Positions 49,688 through 60,474 are shown, counted from the first letter of the stretch. The stretch is 64,000 nt of DNA from Candidatus Parcubacteria bacterium (GCA_027450205.1 DAIDJL010000002.1:7870-71869), one strand, 5' to 3'. The notes: generated from the sequence alone by a model not told the origin. Numbers and translations are program-made.

Positions 49688-51844
49688 CTACACATCCAGA
49701 TTCTGCACCGTCGCAGCGTGGGCCTGAATGAAGTTCTTACGCGGCTCCACGGCATCGCCCATCAACGTATCAAAAAGCTTGTCCGCCTTCTCGGCATCCT
49801 CCACTTTGACCTGTTTCATCAGGCGCACCTCGGGATTCATGGTGGTCTCCCAAAGCTGTTCAGCATTCATCTCGCCAAGGCCTTTATAGCGCTGGATGTT
49901 CGGCTGGCGCTTCCCGTCTCCCTGACCCTCGTTCACGCCTTCCGGCATTTCATTTTCTCCTTCAGCGGCATTTTCTTCCGTAGCAAGGTCCGCAAGCTCT
50001 GCGAGCGTCTCCGGTTTCTTTGCGTTTTTCGCAAGAACTCCGCCCTTGGCGGCCTTCGCACCCTTTGCCGGCAGCGTCGGCGCATTCTTTTGCAATTCGG
50101 CGATCACCTTATCTTTCTCGTCGTCGGAAAACGCGTACCGGACCGTTTTGCCAAGCTGGATGCGATAGAGCGGCGGTTGGGCAATGTACACATATCCGCC
50201 ATCCACCACATCGCGGAAGTAGCGATAGAAAAGCGTAAGGAGCAGCGTACGGATGTGCGCGCCGTCAACATCGGCATCCGTCATGATGATGATCTTATGA
50301 TAGCGAAGCTTGCTCATATCAAATTCCTCGCCGATAGCGGTACCGATCGCAATAACGAGCGAGCGCACCTCCGCATTCGCAAGCATCTTATCCAAACGCG
50401 CGCGCTCCACGTTCAGCGGCTTGCCGCGCAACGGCAAGATTGCCTGCGTGTGACGGTTACGGCCCTGCTTGGCGGTGCCGCCTGCCGAATCGCCCTCCAC
50501 GATGAACAGCTCGGATTCCGCCGCGATCTTGGAGGTGCAATCAGCAAGTTTGCCCGGAAGCGTAAGCCCTTCAAATGCGCCTTTGCGCAATACCGTCTCG
50601 CGTGCCGCCTTTGCCGCGAGCCGGGCCTTTGCCGTCAGGATCACCTTCTGGATGATCGCCTTTGCCTCCTGCGGATGCTTCTCCAAAAATTCCTTGAGCG
50701 CCTCGTTGATGACCGATTCCGTGATGGTGCGTGCCTCCGGATTGCCGAGTTTTGACTTCGTCTGGCCTTCGAATTGCGGATCGGTGAGCTTCACCGAAAC
50801 AATGGCAACCATTCCTTCGCGAACGTCATCGCTCGTAAGGTTTTCTTCCTTTTCCTTAAGCCACCCGTCGGCACGCGCGTAGTTGTTGAGCGACCGCGTG
50901 AGCGCCGAGCGAAAGCCGGTAAGATGCATGCCGCCTTCGGGCGTAAGAATGTTGTTCGCAAAACTCATTTCCACCACGCGCGTATCATCCACGTACAGGA
51001 ACGCCGCTTCCACATCGAGTTTCTCCACCTGCTTGTGAACGTAGAAAATATCCTCGTTCAGGCGATTTTTCTTCTGAGCGAGATATTTTACATACGACAG
51101 CACGCCGCCCTCGAAATAAAATCCGTAAAAGTACGGCACTGGCTGGCGACGATCGTAAAAATTGATGCGGACGCCTTTCGTTAAGTACGCCTGCTGGCGC
51201 AAGCGCTCAAGGATCACCTTGTCGTTGAACTCCATTTCGGAAAAGATCGTAGGATCCGGAGAAAAGGTCGTTTTGGTGCCGTGGCGCTTGGATGCACCGA
51301 TCTTTTTTACTTTGTATTCCGGAACACCGCGCTTGTATTCCTGCACGAACGTTCCGCCGTCGCGATCGACTTCCACTTTGACCCACGTGGAAAGTGCGTT
51401 CACGACCGACGCACCAACGCCGTGCAAACCGCTTGAAACCTTATACCCGTCGCCGCCGAATTTGCCGCCGGCGTGAAGCACGGTCATGACGGTTTCCAAA
51501 GTGGATTTCTTTGTCTGTGGATGAATGTCCACCGGAATGCCGCGGCCGTCGTCCTGGACGCTCACCTTGTTGTCCGGTAAAAGTTCCACCGTGATGGTGG
51601 TTGCGTAGCCCGCCATTACCTCGTCGATCGCATTATCCACGATCTCCCAGATCAAGTGATGCAGACCGGTGGTTCCCGTGGAACCGATGTACATGCCCGG
51701 CCGCTTGCGAACCGGTTCAAGGCCTTCGAGAACGGTGATGTCCTTCGCGCCGTACGTGGCGCTGCCTTTATTGCCGGTGCTGCCGGCCTTAACCTCGGCT
51801 TTTGACGCTTTTTTGACCTCTTTTTTCTCTTCTTTTTCAGCCAT
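49688..51844 (-). CDS. gyrB: DNA gyrase subunit B
   Basis: VRKRPGMYIG, LHAGGKF, VEGDSAGG, PLRGK, MTDADVDG, QRYKGLGEM; likely start MAEKEE at 51844. Confidence 0.95.
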   Translation of the reverse strand: MAEKEEKKEVKKASKAEVKAGSTGNKGSATYGAKDITVLEGLEPVRKRPGMYIGSTGTTGLHHLIWEIVDNAIDEVMAGYATTITVELLPDNKVSVQDDGRGIPVDIHPQTKKSTLETVMTVLHAGGKFGGDGYKVSSGLHGVGASVVNALSTWVKVEVDRDGGTFVQEYKRGVPEYKVKKIGASKRHGTKTTFSPDPTIFSEMEFNDKVILERLRQQAYLTKGVRINFYDRRQPVPYFYGFYFEGGVLSYVKYLAQKKNRLNEDIFYVHKQVEKLDVEAAFLYVDDTRVVEMSFANNILTPEGGMHLTGFRSALTRSLNNYARADGWLKEKEENLTSDDVREGMVAIVSVKLTDPQFEGQTKSKLGNPEARTITESVINEALKEFLEKHPQEAKAIIQKVILTAKARLAAKAARETVLRKGAFEGLTLPGKLADCTSKIAAESELFIVEGDSAGGTAKQGRNRHTQAILPLRGKPLNVERARLDKMLANAEVRSLVIAIGTAIGEEFDMSKLRYHKIIIMTDADVDGAHIRTLLLTLFYRYFRDVVDGGYVYIAQPPLYRIQLGKTVRYAFSDDEKDKVIAELQKNAPTLPAKGAKAAKGGVLAKNAKKPETLAELADLATEENAAEGENEMPEGVNEGQGDGKRQPNIQRYKGLGEMNAEQLWETTMNPEVRLMKQVKVEDAEKADKLFDTLMGDAVEPRKNFIQAHAATVQNLDV

Positions 51845-51963
51845 TTTTATTGGGTTTTTCGTTAAAAAATGCCTCGCGGGCGATACACGTATTTTAGCAT
51901 GATTTTGGCGAAAAATCCAAGCATGAAAAATACGGAGTAAGAAAGGATTTGTCGGAATAATGC

Positions 51964-53106
51964 TCAAAACTTTGTCGTTTGAGGGCTCCCCAACCCCGTC
52001 ACATAATCGTAGCGTTTGCGCGCGGAACAATAATATTTACAATTGCCATTCGTGCCGCTCGTGATATCGCGAAAGAATCTAAGCGCGTTCGCGGAAGCCT
52101 TGTCTATATACAATTTTGCGAGCGAGGCGGAGGCGCCGAGCGCTTTGATGGCCGCCCATTGCGGCGCGCCGGCGCTCGTGCCGCCGACGGTGTTCCAGGA
52201 ACCGCCCGCCCGGCTGCCGGTGCCGGTCGTAAGATATACGCCATATCCCGACGCCGGATCGGCGTCGTACGAAACGTCCGGGATCGCGCGCATGCCGCCC
52301 GCCCGGGCGATCTTATACGCCGACTGGTATACCGGCTCTTTTTCATACGCGCTCACGCCGCCGCCGCTCCCCGACCACGCGCCCTCGGAAATGAGCGCCC
52401 CCATTGATGAAAGTTTCAGCGTCGTGCCGCCCACGCCGATCACGTTTGGCGAGGACGCAGGCCAGCTCGCGCCCGCACCATCATCGCCGGACGACGCAAA
52501 GAACGCGGCGGCGGGATTCGCGCTACCAACAAAATGTGCATCGTATGAAAGCTCGTCGGAAAATTCCGCGCCACCCCAGCTCATGGATATTGCGATAACA
52601 TCCTTCCGCGACCGCGCGTAATCGATGGCGCTCAAAAGATTCGCACCACTCGGCGTTTTTGCCTCTACCAGCAATATTTTCGCATTTGGCGCGATGGCGT
52701 GCGCCCATTCTACGTCGAGCGCCATTTCCATGGCCCAGCCGCTGTTCGCCGCGATCGAACCCGACATTTTATGTTTTTCAAAACACTTGTTCGCGGTGGT
52801 ACAGGCAGGCAGAACATATTGCCTGTCAAATACCGCAAGATCGCTTTCAGCATACGGATCGTCGTATGCGTCAATGAGCGCGATCGTCCCCTTCCCGCCG
52901 GTGGCGGGAAGGTTATAGATCTTTTTTATCTCCGCCGGCGTCACGCCGGAAGGCGCCTTTTCGGCCGACCTGAATACGTGCACCGGCGGACGTCCTTGAA
53001 AATCCGAGAACCGATATGCCGCGTTGGCGGCACCACCGAGCGGGATAAGCGCGGAAGCGGCCGCGAGAAGCGCGACAAGCACCGCAGATGATTTTTTGTT
53101 GGTCAT
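51964..53106 (-). CDS. Secreted S53 (sedolisin-like) peptidase with very short pro-region
   Basis: EMALDVEWAH, SSGD, PDVS, GGTSAGAP, YD.VTGLGSP. Confidence 0.92.
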   Translation of the reverse strand: MTNKKSSAVLVALLAAASALIPLGGAANAAYRFSDFQGRPPVHVFRSAEKAPSGVTPAEIKKIYNLPATGGKGTIALIDAYDDPYAESDLAVFDRQYVLPACTTANKCFEKHKMSGSIAANSGWAMEMALDVEWAHAIAPNAKILLVEAKTPSGANLLSAIDYARSRKDVIAISMSWGGAEFSDELSYDAHFVGSANPAAAFFASSGDDGAGASWPASSPNVIGVGGTTLKLSSMGALISEGAWSGSGGGVSAYEKEPVYQSAYKIARAGGMRAIPDVSYDADPASGYGVYLTTGTGSRAGGSWNTVGGTSAGAPQWAAIKALGASASLAKLYIDKASANALRFFRDITSGTNGNCKYYCSARKRYDYVTGLGSPQTTKF

Positions 53107-53205
53107 GCGCGGAGTTTACAACAAGGCGCATTAAAATCCTGTTAAATGAACGCGGGAAAAGGCGCGGTTTTGCGCTTATAAGGCCTGACCGCTTATACTT
53201 TACCC

Positions 53206-55044
53206 ATGGAAACCAACAATCTCGGAACGGAGCAGGTGCGGTGGGACCTCGGTGTTTTCTATTCCGGCGTGGACGATCCGCAGATCGATAAAGACCTCAC
53301 TGCGCTCGTGGCGCTCGAGAAAAAATTTTACGAAAATTATAAAGGAAGATTGGCGGAAAAGCTTGGCGGGGCGATAACCGATCTTGCGGAGATAAATATG
53401 CATGCGGAAAAGATATTCGTATATCTCTATTTGTTCCAGAGTATCGATGTTACGAACGGTCCCGTGAAGGCGAAGATGGCCGAAGCCGAACAGATCTCAA
53501 GCGAAGCAAGCGGCAACTATCTCACCTTTTTTGATATCGAACTGGTGGCGCTGGACGACGCGACGCTCGAAAAATTCTATGCGTCGGACGCGGTCGTCGC
53601 GAAGCACCGCCCATGGATCGAGCACGCGCGGGTCTTCAAACCCCATCTCTTAAGCGAACCGGTGGAAGGGGCGCTCGCAAAACGATCTCCGTTCGGCCCG
53701 GGCTCGTGGAGTGAATTCTTTGACGAAGTGGAAGCCGATCTTCGCTTGCCCATCCGCGGCGAGGAAAAAACACTTACCGAGCTTCTTGATGTCCTTACCA
53801 ATTCCAACATGCCGGAAGAGCGGGCGGAGGCGCTGAAAATCATTAACGCCGGACTGGGAGGATATTTTGCAAAGTATTCCGCGCAATCTTTGTATGTGAC
53901 CGCAGGAGCGATGGCCGTGGAACGGCGCGAGCGCGGGTATAAGAACCCGATGGATGCGCGGAATAAATCAAATCGCATCCCCGATGCGGTGGTGGATGCG
54001 CTGCACGAGGCCACCATTACTACCGCCGGCCCCCTCGCCCGACGCTACTATGCGTTAAAAGCGAAATTATTAGGGGTGGAGAAATTGCCATGGAGCGACC
54101 GGAATGCGCCGATGCCGTTCGTCGACAATACGACCATCCCTTTTGCCGAAGGGATAAAAACGGTCCTCGCGGCATACCAAAGCTTCAGCCCGACGCTCGC
54201 CGGATTCGTCAAGGATTTTAGCGCGACCAAACGGATAGATGCGCCAGTCACGAAGGGGCGCCGCGGCGGTGCTTACAATTATTCCATCGTACTTCCGGGA
54301 AACCATCCCACCTCGTTCGTCTTTCTTAACTATCTCGGCTCGAACAACGACGTGATGACGCTGGCACACGAACTCGGCCACGGCGTCCACGGTATGCTCG
54401 CGGGCGCAGCGCAAGGTCCGCTCATGGCGCAGGCGCCGATCGCGTATGCGGAAACGGCGTCGGTCTTCGGCGAAATGACCACTTTCAAATTTTTAAAGAA
54501 ACAGCTGGAAGAAAAGAACGACGTAAAGGCCCTGCTCGCGCTCATCACCGGAAAGATCGAGGGAAACATCAATTCCGTGGTCAGGCAGATCGGATTCTCG
54601 AACTTCGAACGGCGGCTGCACGGCATGGATGCAAGCTATAAAACATGGGCTGAGCCTAAAAAACTTTCAGCGGAGGAACTTGACGCGGTCTGGCTCCAAA
54701 CAATAAAAGAACTCTATGGCGCTGATGGCGAAGTATTCACCTATAAAGATACCGAGCACCTTTGGACATACGTATCGCACTTTCACCGCCCGTTCTATGT
54801 CTACGGCTACGCGTTCGGCGAACTGCTCACGCAAAGCCTCTACGCGCAGCAGTCCCGCTTCGGCGACCGATTCGAACCCCTTTATCTTGACCTCCTCCGC
54901 TCCGGCAGCACGAAAGACGTGGTTGAACTCCTCGCACCGTTCGAGCTCGATCCGACCAAAAAAGATTTCTGGGAGAACGGTATCAACGTCAGTCTTGCCG
55001 CAATGATAGAAGAGGCGGAGAAGCTCGCAGAGAAAAAAGTGTAG
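53206..55044 (+). CDS. pepF: M3B oligoendopeptidase F family
   Basis: WDL, GRRGGAY, TLAHELGH, AETASVFGE, FYVYGYAFG. Confidence 0.92.
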   Translation: METNNLGTEQVRWDLGVFYSGVDDPQIDKDLTALVALEKKFYENYKGRLAEKLGGAITDLAEINMHAEKIFVYLYLFQSIDVTNGPVKAKMAEAEQISSEASGNYLTFFDIELVALDDATLEKFYASDAVVAKHRPWIEHARVFKPHLLSEPVEGALAKRSPFGPGSWSEFFDEVEADLRLPIRGEEKTLTELLDVLTNSNMPEERAEALKIINAGLGGYFAKYSAQSLYVTAGAMAVERRERGYKNPMDARNKSNRIPDAVVDALHEATITTAGPLARRYYALKAKLLGVEKLPWSDRNAPMPFVDNTTIPFAEGIKTVLAAYQSFSPTLAGFVKDFSATKRIDAPVTKGRRGGAYNYSIVLPGNHPTSFVFLNYLGSNNDVMTLAHELGHGVHGMLAGAAQGPLMAQAPIAYAETASVFGEMTTFKFLKKQLEEKNDVKALLALITGKIEGNINSVVRQIGFSNFERRLHGMDASYKTWAEPKKLSAEELDAVWLQTIKELYGADGEVFTYKDTEHLWTYVSHFHRPFYVYGYAFGELLTQSLYAQQSRFGDRFEPLYLDLLRSGSTKDVVELLAPFELDPTKKDFWENGINVSLAAMIEEAEKLAEKKV

Positions 55045-55063
55045 GAGGGCATATACTACCAAT

Positions 55064-55810
55064 ATGAAGCAAGTGCGCCTTATGATGGGCATGCCCATCG
55101 CCATTGAGATAGTGGATCCCAAAGCGACCGATGGCGTTTTTGACGAGGTATTCGATTACTTCACCCACATCGACGAGAAGTTCAGTACGTATAAGCCGAC
55201 GAGCGAGATAAGTGCGATCAACAACGGCACGCTCGCGCTCGTGGATGCGAGCGAAGAAATGCAGCTTGTCTTTGCGATGTGCGAGGAAACCAAGCAGCAG
55301 ACGAACGGCTATTTTGATATCAGGACACCGCGCGGAACGTATGACCCGTCGGGGCTCGTAAAGGGATGGGCGATCTGGAATGCGGCAAAGTTACTCGAGA
55401 AAAAAGGGTTTGAGAATTTTTATGTTGACGCCGGCGGCGACATCCAACCGCACGGGCACAACGCGGACGGCGGCAAATGGGCGGTCGGCATCAAGAACCC
55501 GTTCAACCAAAACGAGAATATAAAAGTGGTCTATGTGGGCAATGAGGGCGTCGCTACGTCGGGTACGTACATCCGCGGCAAACACATCTATAACCCGCGC
55601 GGGGGCAACCAGCCGGTGAGCGAGATCGTAAGCCTGACCGTGATCGGGCCGAACATCCACGATGCCGACCGCTTCGCCACTGCCGCGTTCGCGATGGGCG
55701 CGGACGGCATTCGCTTCATCGAACAACTCGCCGGCTACGAGGGATATATGATAGACAACGACAAGATCGCCACCATGACGACCGGATTCGGACGTTACAC
55801 AGCGGAATAG
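55064..55810 (+). CDS. apbE: FAD:protein FMN transferase (ApbE-like, short form)
   Basis: FSTYK..SE, DPSGLVKGWA, AGGDI, ATSG.Y, HI.NP, AD..ATA. Confidence 0.9.
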   Translation: MKQVRLMMGMPIAIEIVDPKATDGVFDEVFDYFTHIDEKFSTYKPTSEISAINNGTLALVDASEEMQLVFAMCEETKQQTNGYFDIRTPRGTYDPSGLVKGWAIWNAAKLLEKKGFENFYVDAGGDIQPHGHNADGGKWAVGIKNPFNQNENIKVVYVGNEGVATSGTYIRGKHIYNPRGGNQPVSEIVSLTVIGPNIHDADRFATAAFAMGADGIRFIEQLAGYEGYMIDNDKIATMTTGFGRYTAE

Positions 55811-55828
55811 GCGTATCGTACGCGAAGT

Positions 55829-56368
55829 TCAAAACGGGCTCCTCCCCAGGATCCGCGTGACGCTCGCGGCCTCGCTCGCACGCATGATTGAATCTTCCGA
55901 CGCAGGGATGATCCAGTCGCCGAGAACTTCCAGAAACTCTTCCCGGCGCGGTTCCTGCCCCACTTTTTCCATGTGCAGTTTCGGATGGCTCTCCGACGTG
56001 TACTCATAATGCCCGCGCACTTCCCCGTCTTTGAATATCCGCAGGTGATATTGGTGCTCAAAACCCACCGGCTTACGGACGCTCACCACTTCGTCATCAT
56101 CCTTGAGTGCGATGAAGTGGTTCGCATACTGTTTTGTCCCGAGATATTTAAGGAGATCCTCCACGGAGCGACCGGGGGCGATGTGTCCCAGCAGATAGTT
56201 CTGCCGTCCTTCATGCTGAAGGATCCCTAAAGACAGCAAAAGATCCCTCCCGACGCCATGAATCGGGTAAATAGCCTTCCAAAGCACATATTTCGACCGG
56301 TTTCGGAATCCTTTCGGATACGGGAGCACGGACTCCGGAATGCTCCTCTGGAGAGCGATTTCGTCCAT
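55829..56368 (-). CDS. Hypothetical protein
   Basis: 179 aa ORF; QYHLRIF..GEVRGHYE motif; family not recognised with confidence. Confidence 0.7.
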   Translation of the reverse strand: MDEIALQRSIPESVLPYPKGFRNRSKYVLWKAIYPIHGVGRDLLLSLGILQHEGRQNYLLGHIAPGRSVEDLLKYLGTKQYANHFIALKDDDEVVSVRKPVGFEHQYHLRIFKDGEVRGHYEYTSESHPKLHMEKVGQEPRREEFLEVLGDWIIPASEDSIMRASEAASVTRILGRSPF

Positions 56369-56497
56369 AAATTAGCGATAAATCATAAGGAAAACCTACC
56401 CGACCATTATACCATACCCCGCCGGGGCAGGTCTATGGCGGAAAATACGGAACAAAGTTGCGAACAAATACGCGGCGATGAACGCGTCTTCCGCTTT

Positions 56498-56656
56498 CTA
56501 AGCCCTGAACGCAAAATACATCAGCACGATGGTCAACGCATTCAGGACCACCAATATTACCGCTGTTTGCGAACGCGATGCCAACGGATTCCAAACAATA
56601 TAGACCGTGTAGATGATCGCGACGATCGCCGCCCCGATAAAGTTCCCTCGTATCAT
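56498..56656 (-). CDS. 52 aa two-TM membrane peptide (below ORF-track cutoff)
   Basis: MIRGNFIGAAIVAIIYTVYIVWNPLASRSQTAVILVVLNALTIVLMYFAFRA*. Confidence 0.55.
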   Translation of the reverse strand: MIRGNFIGAAIVAIIYTVYIVWNPLASRSQTAVILVVLNALTIVLMYFAFRA

Positions 56657-56868
56657 GTTTTATAATGGAGTGATCACACGCATCGGCCTTTCAAACGCCA
56701 TATGATCCATTATACTCCCCCTTCAGGAATCCGGACATTCTCTGCTCGGCGGGCAGTGGGGGACGAAGTTCGAACTGAATCAATAAATAACCAATTTAAA
56801 AAGGACTTTTAGGAAGTATTGACAATATATACATATAGATGGTATTATATTGTAGTAAAGGAGGTTTT

Positions 56869-57276
56869 ATGTTCCGATGGCTCTTTAACATTCGAAAAGC
56901 ATGGGCCCAGCTCAAAGCCGAGTGGAATACCCCTACGGTCAGCAGCAAAGATCCCGCCCTTTACTCAGAAATGAGGCCAGGCGAAACATTGGTTGAACTT
57001 GAGCCGGGACCTTTCGTCGAGCTCGTTCGTCGAAACAGGCCATCGACCATCTACTCTCAGTTTACACGAGAAGATGATTCTGCAAAATGCGGCTACGTAT
57101 GGTTTATGACGGACGACCACGTCAAAACAAGAACATGGGGAGAACACTACAACTGGGATAGCGCCGGGATTCTCCAAGAATTAGGCGACCTCTATCAGCA
57201 GAATCCACTTACCGAATTCTGCTTCGATAAAGAACATGCGACGCACACCTACTCATTAATGACTCTTGAGGAGTGA
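56869..57276 (+). CDS. Orphan hypothetical protein in a tRNA-Ser(GGA)-adjacent islet
   Basis: TTGACA-N18-TATTAT promoter (from 56819), SD AAGGAGGT, AT-richer than flanks. Confidence 0.72.
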   Translation: MFRWLFNIRKAWAQLKAEWNTPTVSSKDPALYSEMRPGETLVELEPGPFVELVRRNRPSTIYSQFTREDDSAKCGYVWFMTDDHVKTRTWGEHYNWDSAGILQELGDLYQQNPLTEFCFDKEHATHTYSLMTLEE

Positions 57277-57303
57277 TAATTTATTTATCGCTCCTCATTT
57301 TTT

Positions 57304-57391
<88 letters not shown>

Positions 57392-57446
57392 AGTGCTTCG
57401 GTTCAGATAATAACAGGGCTGCGGAAAAATATCTACCCGTTCCCGG

Positions 57447-58142
57447 CTATCCGATGATCGTGCCGGCGAACTCCTTTCCGTTCAAGAGTGCGGCAAAATT
57501 GCGCAAATTGCGGCCATCGACGATGATGGCACGGACGCCCTCTCGTGCGCCGAGCGCGGCGCCGACGGGGTCGACGGGCGCGTGGAGGCCCGGCTTCCAC
57601 GTGGCGGGAATCAGTTTGCGATATTCGCGCCAGGTGAGCTTGTGGAACGGCACCGCATCGGCGTACTTGGCATGATCTTTGTTGTACACGTGCGCGGGTT
57701 TGCCGGCGATGACCGCTTCGTGTGCACCGAGGTCGGCGGCGAGGCGCATCGCCACGTAATCCGTTGACCATCCCGGCCGCCACCCGGACGCGATAGTGAG
57801 CGGCGCACGTAATTTTTTTATCTTGCCGCGGATATCGATAATGACCGGATCCGCAACGTCGCGGAAAATAGTGCGGAGCAGGTGCGCGTTGAGGCGGGTG
57901 GCATGGATGCCGAGCCAGTCCTTGTCTTCATCGTCGGTCACGCGGGATATTTTCTCCGCCGCTTCCTGAAAGTCGCGCGACAATCTCCCGCCGCCGATTA
58001 CCAGCACGAATTTAGTGCCGCGGCGCAAAAATGGCGTAAGGAATTTTTTAAAATCTTTTAAAAACTGGATATCGATCCCGTCGGGATGGACGATAGAACC
58101 GCCGAGAGCAATAACGACGGTTTTTGAGAATTTATATTTCAT
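57447..58142 (-). CDS. pyrH: UMP kinase, archaeal-like type
   Basis: VIALGGS, VIGGG..SR, D.LGI.ATRLNA, PGWSTD, PVDP. Confidence 0.9.
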   Translation of the reverse strand: MKYKFSKTVVIALGGSIVHPDGIDIQFLKDFKKFLTPFLRRGTKFVLVIGGGRLSRDFQEAAEKISRVTDDEDKDWLGIHATRLNAHLLRTIFRDVADPVIIDIRGKIKKLRAPLTIASGWRPGWSTDYVAMRLAADLGAHEAVIAGKPAHVYNKDHAKYADAVPFHKLTWREYRKLIPATWKPGLHAPVDPVGAALGAREGVRAIIVDGRNLRNFAALLNGKEFAGTIIG

Positions 58143-58161
58143 AAAAATGGCGCACAGCGCA

Positions 58162-59076
58162 CTACCCCGATATCTGCTGTAGCGCCTTGATGCGGGCCTC
58201 GATCGGCGGATGGGTCGCGAACAGCGTGTGCCACCATGACGCACCTTTTCCTTTAAATGGCGTATCGAGCCACAGGTGCGCGGTGGAGTCCTTGGCGGTC
58301 TGCATCGGCGTCGTATCAAGCTGGATCTTCCGGAGCGCGGAGATGAGCCCTTCCGGATAGCGCGTGAGCAGCACGCCCGACGCGTCGGCGAGCGATTCGC
58401 GGCGGCGCGAGATGGCGAGCTGGATCAGCATCGTACCGATCGGAGCAAGAATGGAAAGCACGATCGCGGCAATGAAGAATATTTCCTGCGCCTCGCCGTT
58501 GTTGCCGCCACGCGAGCGGCCGCCGAACATCCCGCCGAAGAAAAGCGAGCGTAAAAAGATGTCCGCGATGAGCGAGATGATACCCGCGAGCACCGCGGCA
58601 ACGGTGGAGACAAGAATGTCGCGGTTGCCAACGTGCGAGAGCTCGTGTGCGATGACGCCCTGCAGCTCGTCCTTGTCCAGGCGCTGCAAAGCGCCCGCCG
58701 TCACCGCCACCGCCGCGTGCTGGGGGTCGCGCCCCGTAGCGAACGCATTGATCTGCAGCTCCGGCGTAATGTACAACTTGGGCATCGGAAGTCCGGCGGT
58801 GATCGCAAGATTCTCCACGATGTTCCACAGCATCGGGTTATCCGCCTTTTGGATCTCCTTCGCCCGCGCGAGCCCAAGCGCGATCGATGCCGATGAATAA
58901 TAGCTGATGAATGAATAGACGATGCTGAAAATGATCGCCCCGATCAGGAATGTCGGATCACCGTAATACATGGAGATCGCGTACCCGAGCGCACCGACCA
59001 CAAGAAAGAACACGACGAACAAAAGCCATGTTCTTCGAACATTCGAAGATTGAAGTGTATAGAGATTTGCTGCCAT
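58162..59076 (-). CDS. htpX: M48 zinc metalloprotease HtpX
   Basis: NAFATGRDP, AHELSH, ISRRRE..AD, THPP..RI. Confidence 0.94.
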   Translation of the reverse strand: MAANLYTLQSSNVRRTWLLFVVFFLVVGALGYAISMYYGDPTFLIGAIIFSIVYSFISYYSSASIALGLARAKEIQKADNPMLWNIVENLAITAGLPMPKLYITPELQINAFATGRDPQHAAVAVTAGALQRLDKDELQGVIAHELSHVGNRDILVSTVAAVLAGIISLIADIFLRSLFFGGMFGGRSRGGNNGEAQEIFFIAAIVLSILAPIGTMLIQLAISRRRESLADASGVLLTRYPEGLISALRKIQLDTTPMQTAKDSTAHLWLDTPFKGKGASWWHTLFATHPPIEARIKALQQISG

Positions 59077-59077
59077 T

Positions 59078-59632
59078 TTAGAACTTCACCGCGACCGGCT
59101 GCTTCTCCGCGTCTGTCAGGTCGTTGCCAAAAAAATCCATCTTGGTAAAACCCATCATGTTCGCGAACATGTTCGTCGGGAAGACCTGGAGCTTCGTGTT
59201 GAAGTCGCGGACCATGCCGTTGTAAAACCGGCGCGCGGCCTGGATCTTATCTTCTGTGTCGGTCAGCTCGTTCTGAAGCGAGAGGAAGTTTTGGTTCGCC
59301 TTGAGGTCCGGATAAGCTTCCGCGACGGCAAAGAGCGACTTGAGCGTCTGCGAGAGCTGGTTCTCGGCGGCGGCCTTCGCGTCGTTGCCGGTTGCCTGCA
59401 TCGCGCTCGCGCGCGCTTTGGTGACATCTTCGAACACCGTCTTCTCGTGCGCGGCATAGCCCTGCACGGTGGAGACCAGGTTTGGGATCAGGTCATAGCG
59501 CCGTTTGAGCTGAACATCAATATCGGAATAGGCCTCCTGCGTGCGATTGCGCGAAGTAACAAGCCCGTTATAAGCCAAAACAAGCCACAGAACAAGCACA
59601 ACAACTATCGCTATCAATATCCAAGTGATCAT
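59078..59632 (-). CDS. lemA: LemA family protein
   Basis: YN.LV, IDVQLKRRYDLIPNLV, AVAEAYPDLKAN, ARRFYN. Confidence 0.96.
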   Translation of the reverse strand: MITWILIAIVVVLVLWLVLAYNGLVTSRNRTQEAYSDIDVQLKRRYDLIPNLVSTVQGYAAHEKTVFEDVTKARASAMQATGNDAKAAAENQLSQTLKSLFAVAEAYPDLKANQNFLSLQNELTDTEDKIQAARRFYNGMVRDFNTKLQVFPTNMFANMMGFTKMDFFGNDLTDAEKQPVAVKF

Positions 59633-60474
59633 AGGTGGATTATATCATGTATACGAGCCGGCGCAACGAACAGGTGCATGGCAAAAGAAAACCGCCCGGA
59701 TGGTAGCCTCGGGCGGTCGTTTTGGGTTTTCTGCGGGCGGGTTATCCGCAGATCAGGGAGAGCAGCGATGCGATGATCACTGCCACGCGGTACGAACAGA
59801 AATTCTTCATCTCGGCCTCGAGAAAAAGGTGGGATAGGTGCTTCCTTAACGGTAACATACCCTTCCCCGCTGTTCAACAAGGAAACGCGATTTTCCTCCA
59901 TGGAATCCTTTTCGGCTTCCAGGAGGAAGCTGATGATGTTTTCAGCGGGGACGAAGATAAACGTTCTCTTCTTCGAATCCTGTTTCACGGATCCCGCGAA
60001 CATCGCCACGATCTCACCGTGGTCGTTCAGCAGGGGCAATCCCGGGTCGTCAAGCGACAAAAAAACGTCGAACCGTAAATTGTAACTGCCGGTCCTTACG
60101 ATATACGGAAACGTCACCACCTTCTGCCCCGTAATCCGCGGGAAGAGATCTATGCATGCAAGATCGAATTCCTGCGAATAAGGGCCAAGAGGGCGGATGA
60201 TCCCACGGTAATGGCTTCCTGCGATCGCAACATCAATATCCTCCGCGTTCTTCACGGCATCGAACGTCGTGACCGCTCCGCAATCGCCTGCAGCAAACCC
60301 CGCCGCTTTCGTAATCCGCCCCGCCGTCGTGACGGTGATACGCTCCACCCCGGGTCCTGTCGCCGGATGAGCGTCCCCCTTGGATCCCTGGGCAACCGCG
60401 GAAACCGGCTGGGTGATCCCCGCAAGCCCCAAAATGGCGGCTGTCAGAAAAGCACGAATATTTCCCTTTTTCAT
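59629..60474 (-). CDS. Exported trypsin/HtrA-like protein lacking catalytic His and Ser
   Basis: SD GGAGGTG; signal peptide; AAGF, VTTFDAV, DLACI, DDPGLPLLNDHGEIVAM align with S1C motifs. Confidence 0.6.
   Translation of the reverse strand: MKKGNIRAFLTAAILGLAGITQPVSAVAQGSKGDAHPATGPGVERITVTTAGRITKAAGFAAGDCGAVTTFDAVKNAEDIDVAIAGSHYRGIIRPLGPYSQEFDLACIDLFPRITGQKVVTFPYIVRTGSYNLRFDVFLSLDDPGLPLLNDHGEIVAMFAGSVKQDSKKRTFIFVPAENIISFLLEAEKDSMEENRVSLLNSGEGYVTVKEAPIPPFSRGRDEEFLFVPRGSDHRIAALPDLRITRPQKTQNDRPRLPSGRFSFAMHLFVAPARIHDIIHL

Noticed and set aside
51845..52030. N-terminal extension of GyrB in the ORF track (likewise for infB, pyrH, rel and the 11485 start)
   Set aside because: These extensions cross intergenic or neighbouring-gene sequence; downstream ATGs match the family N-termini
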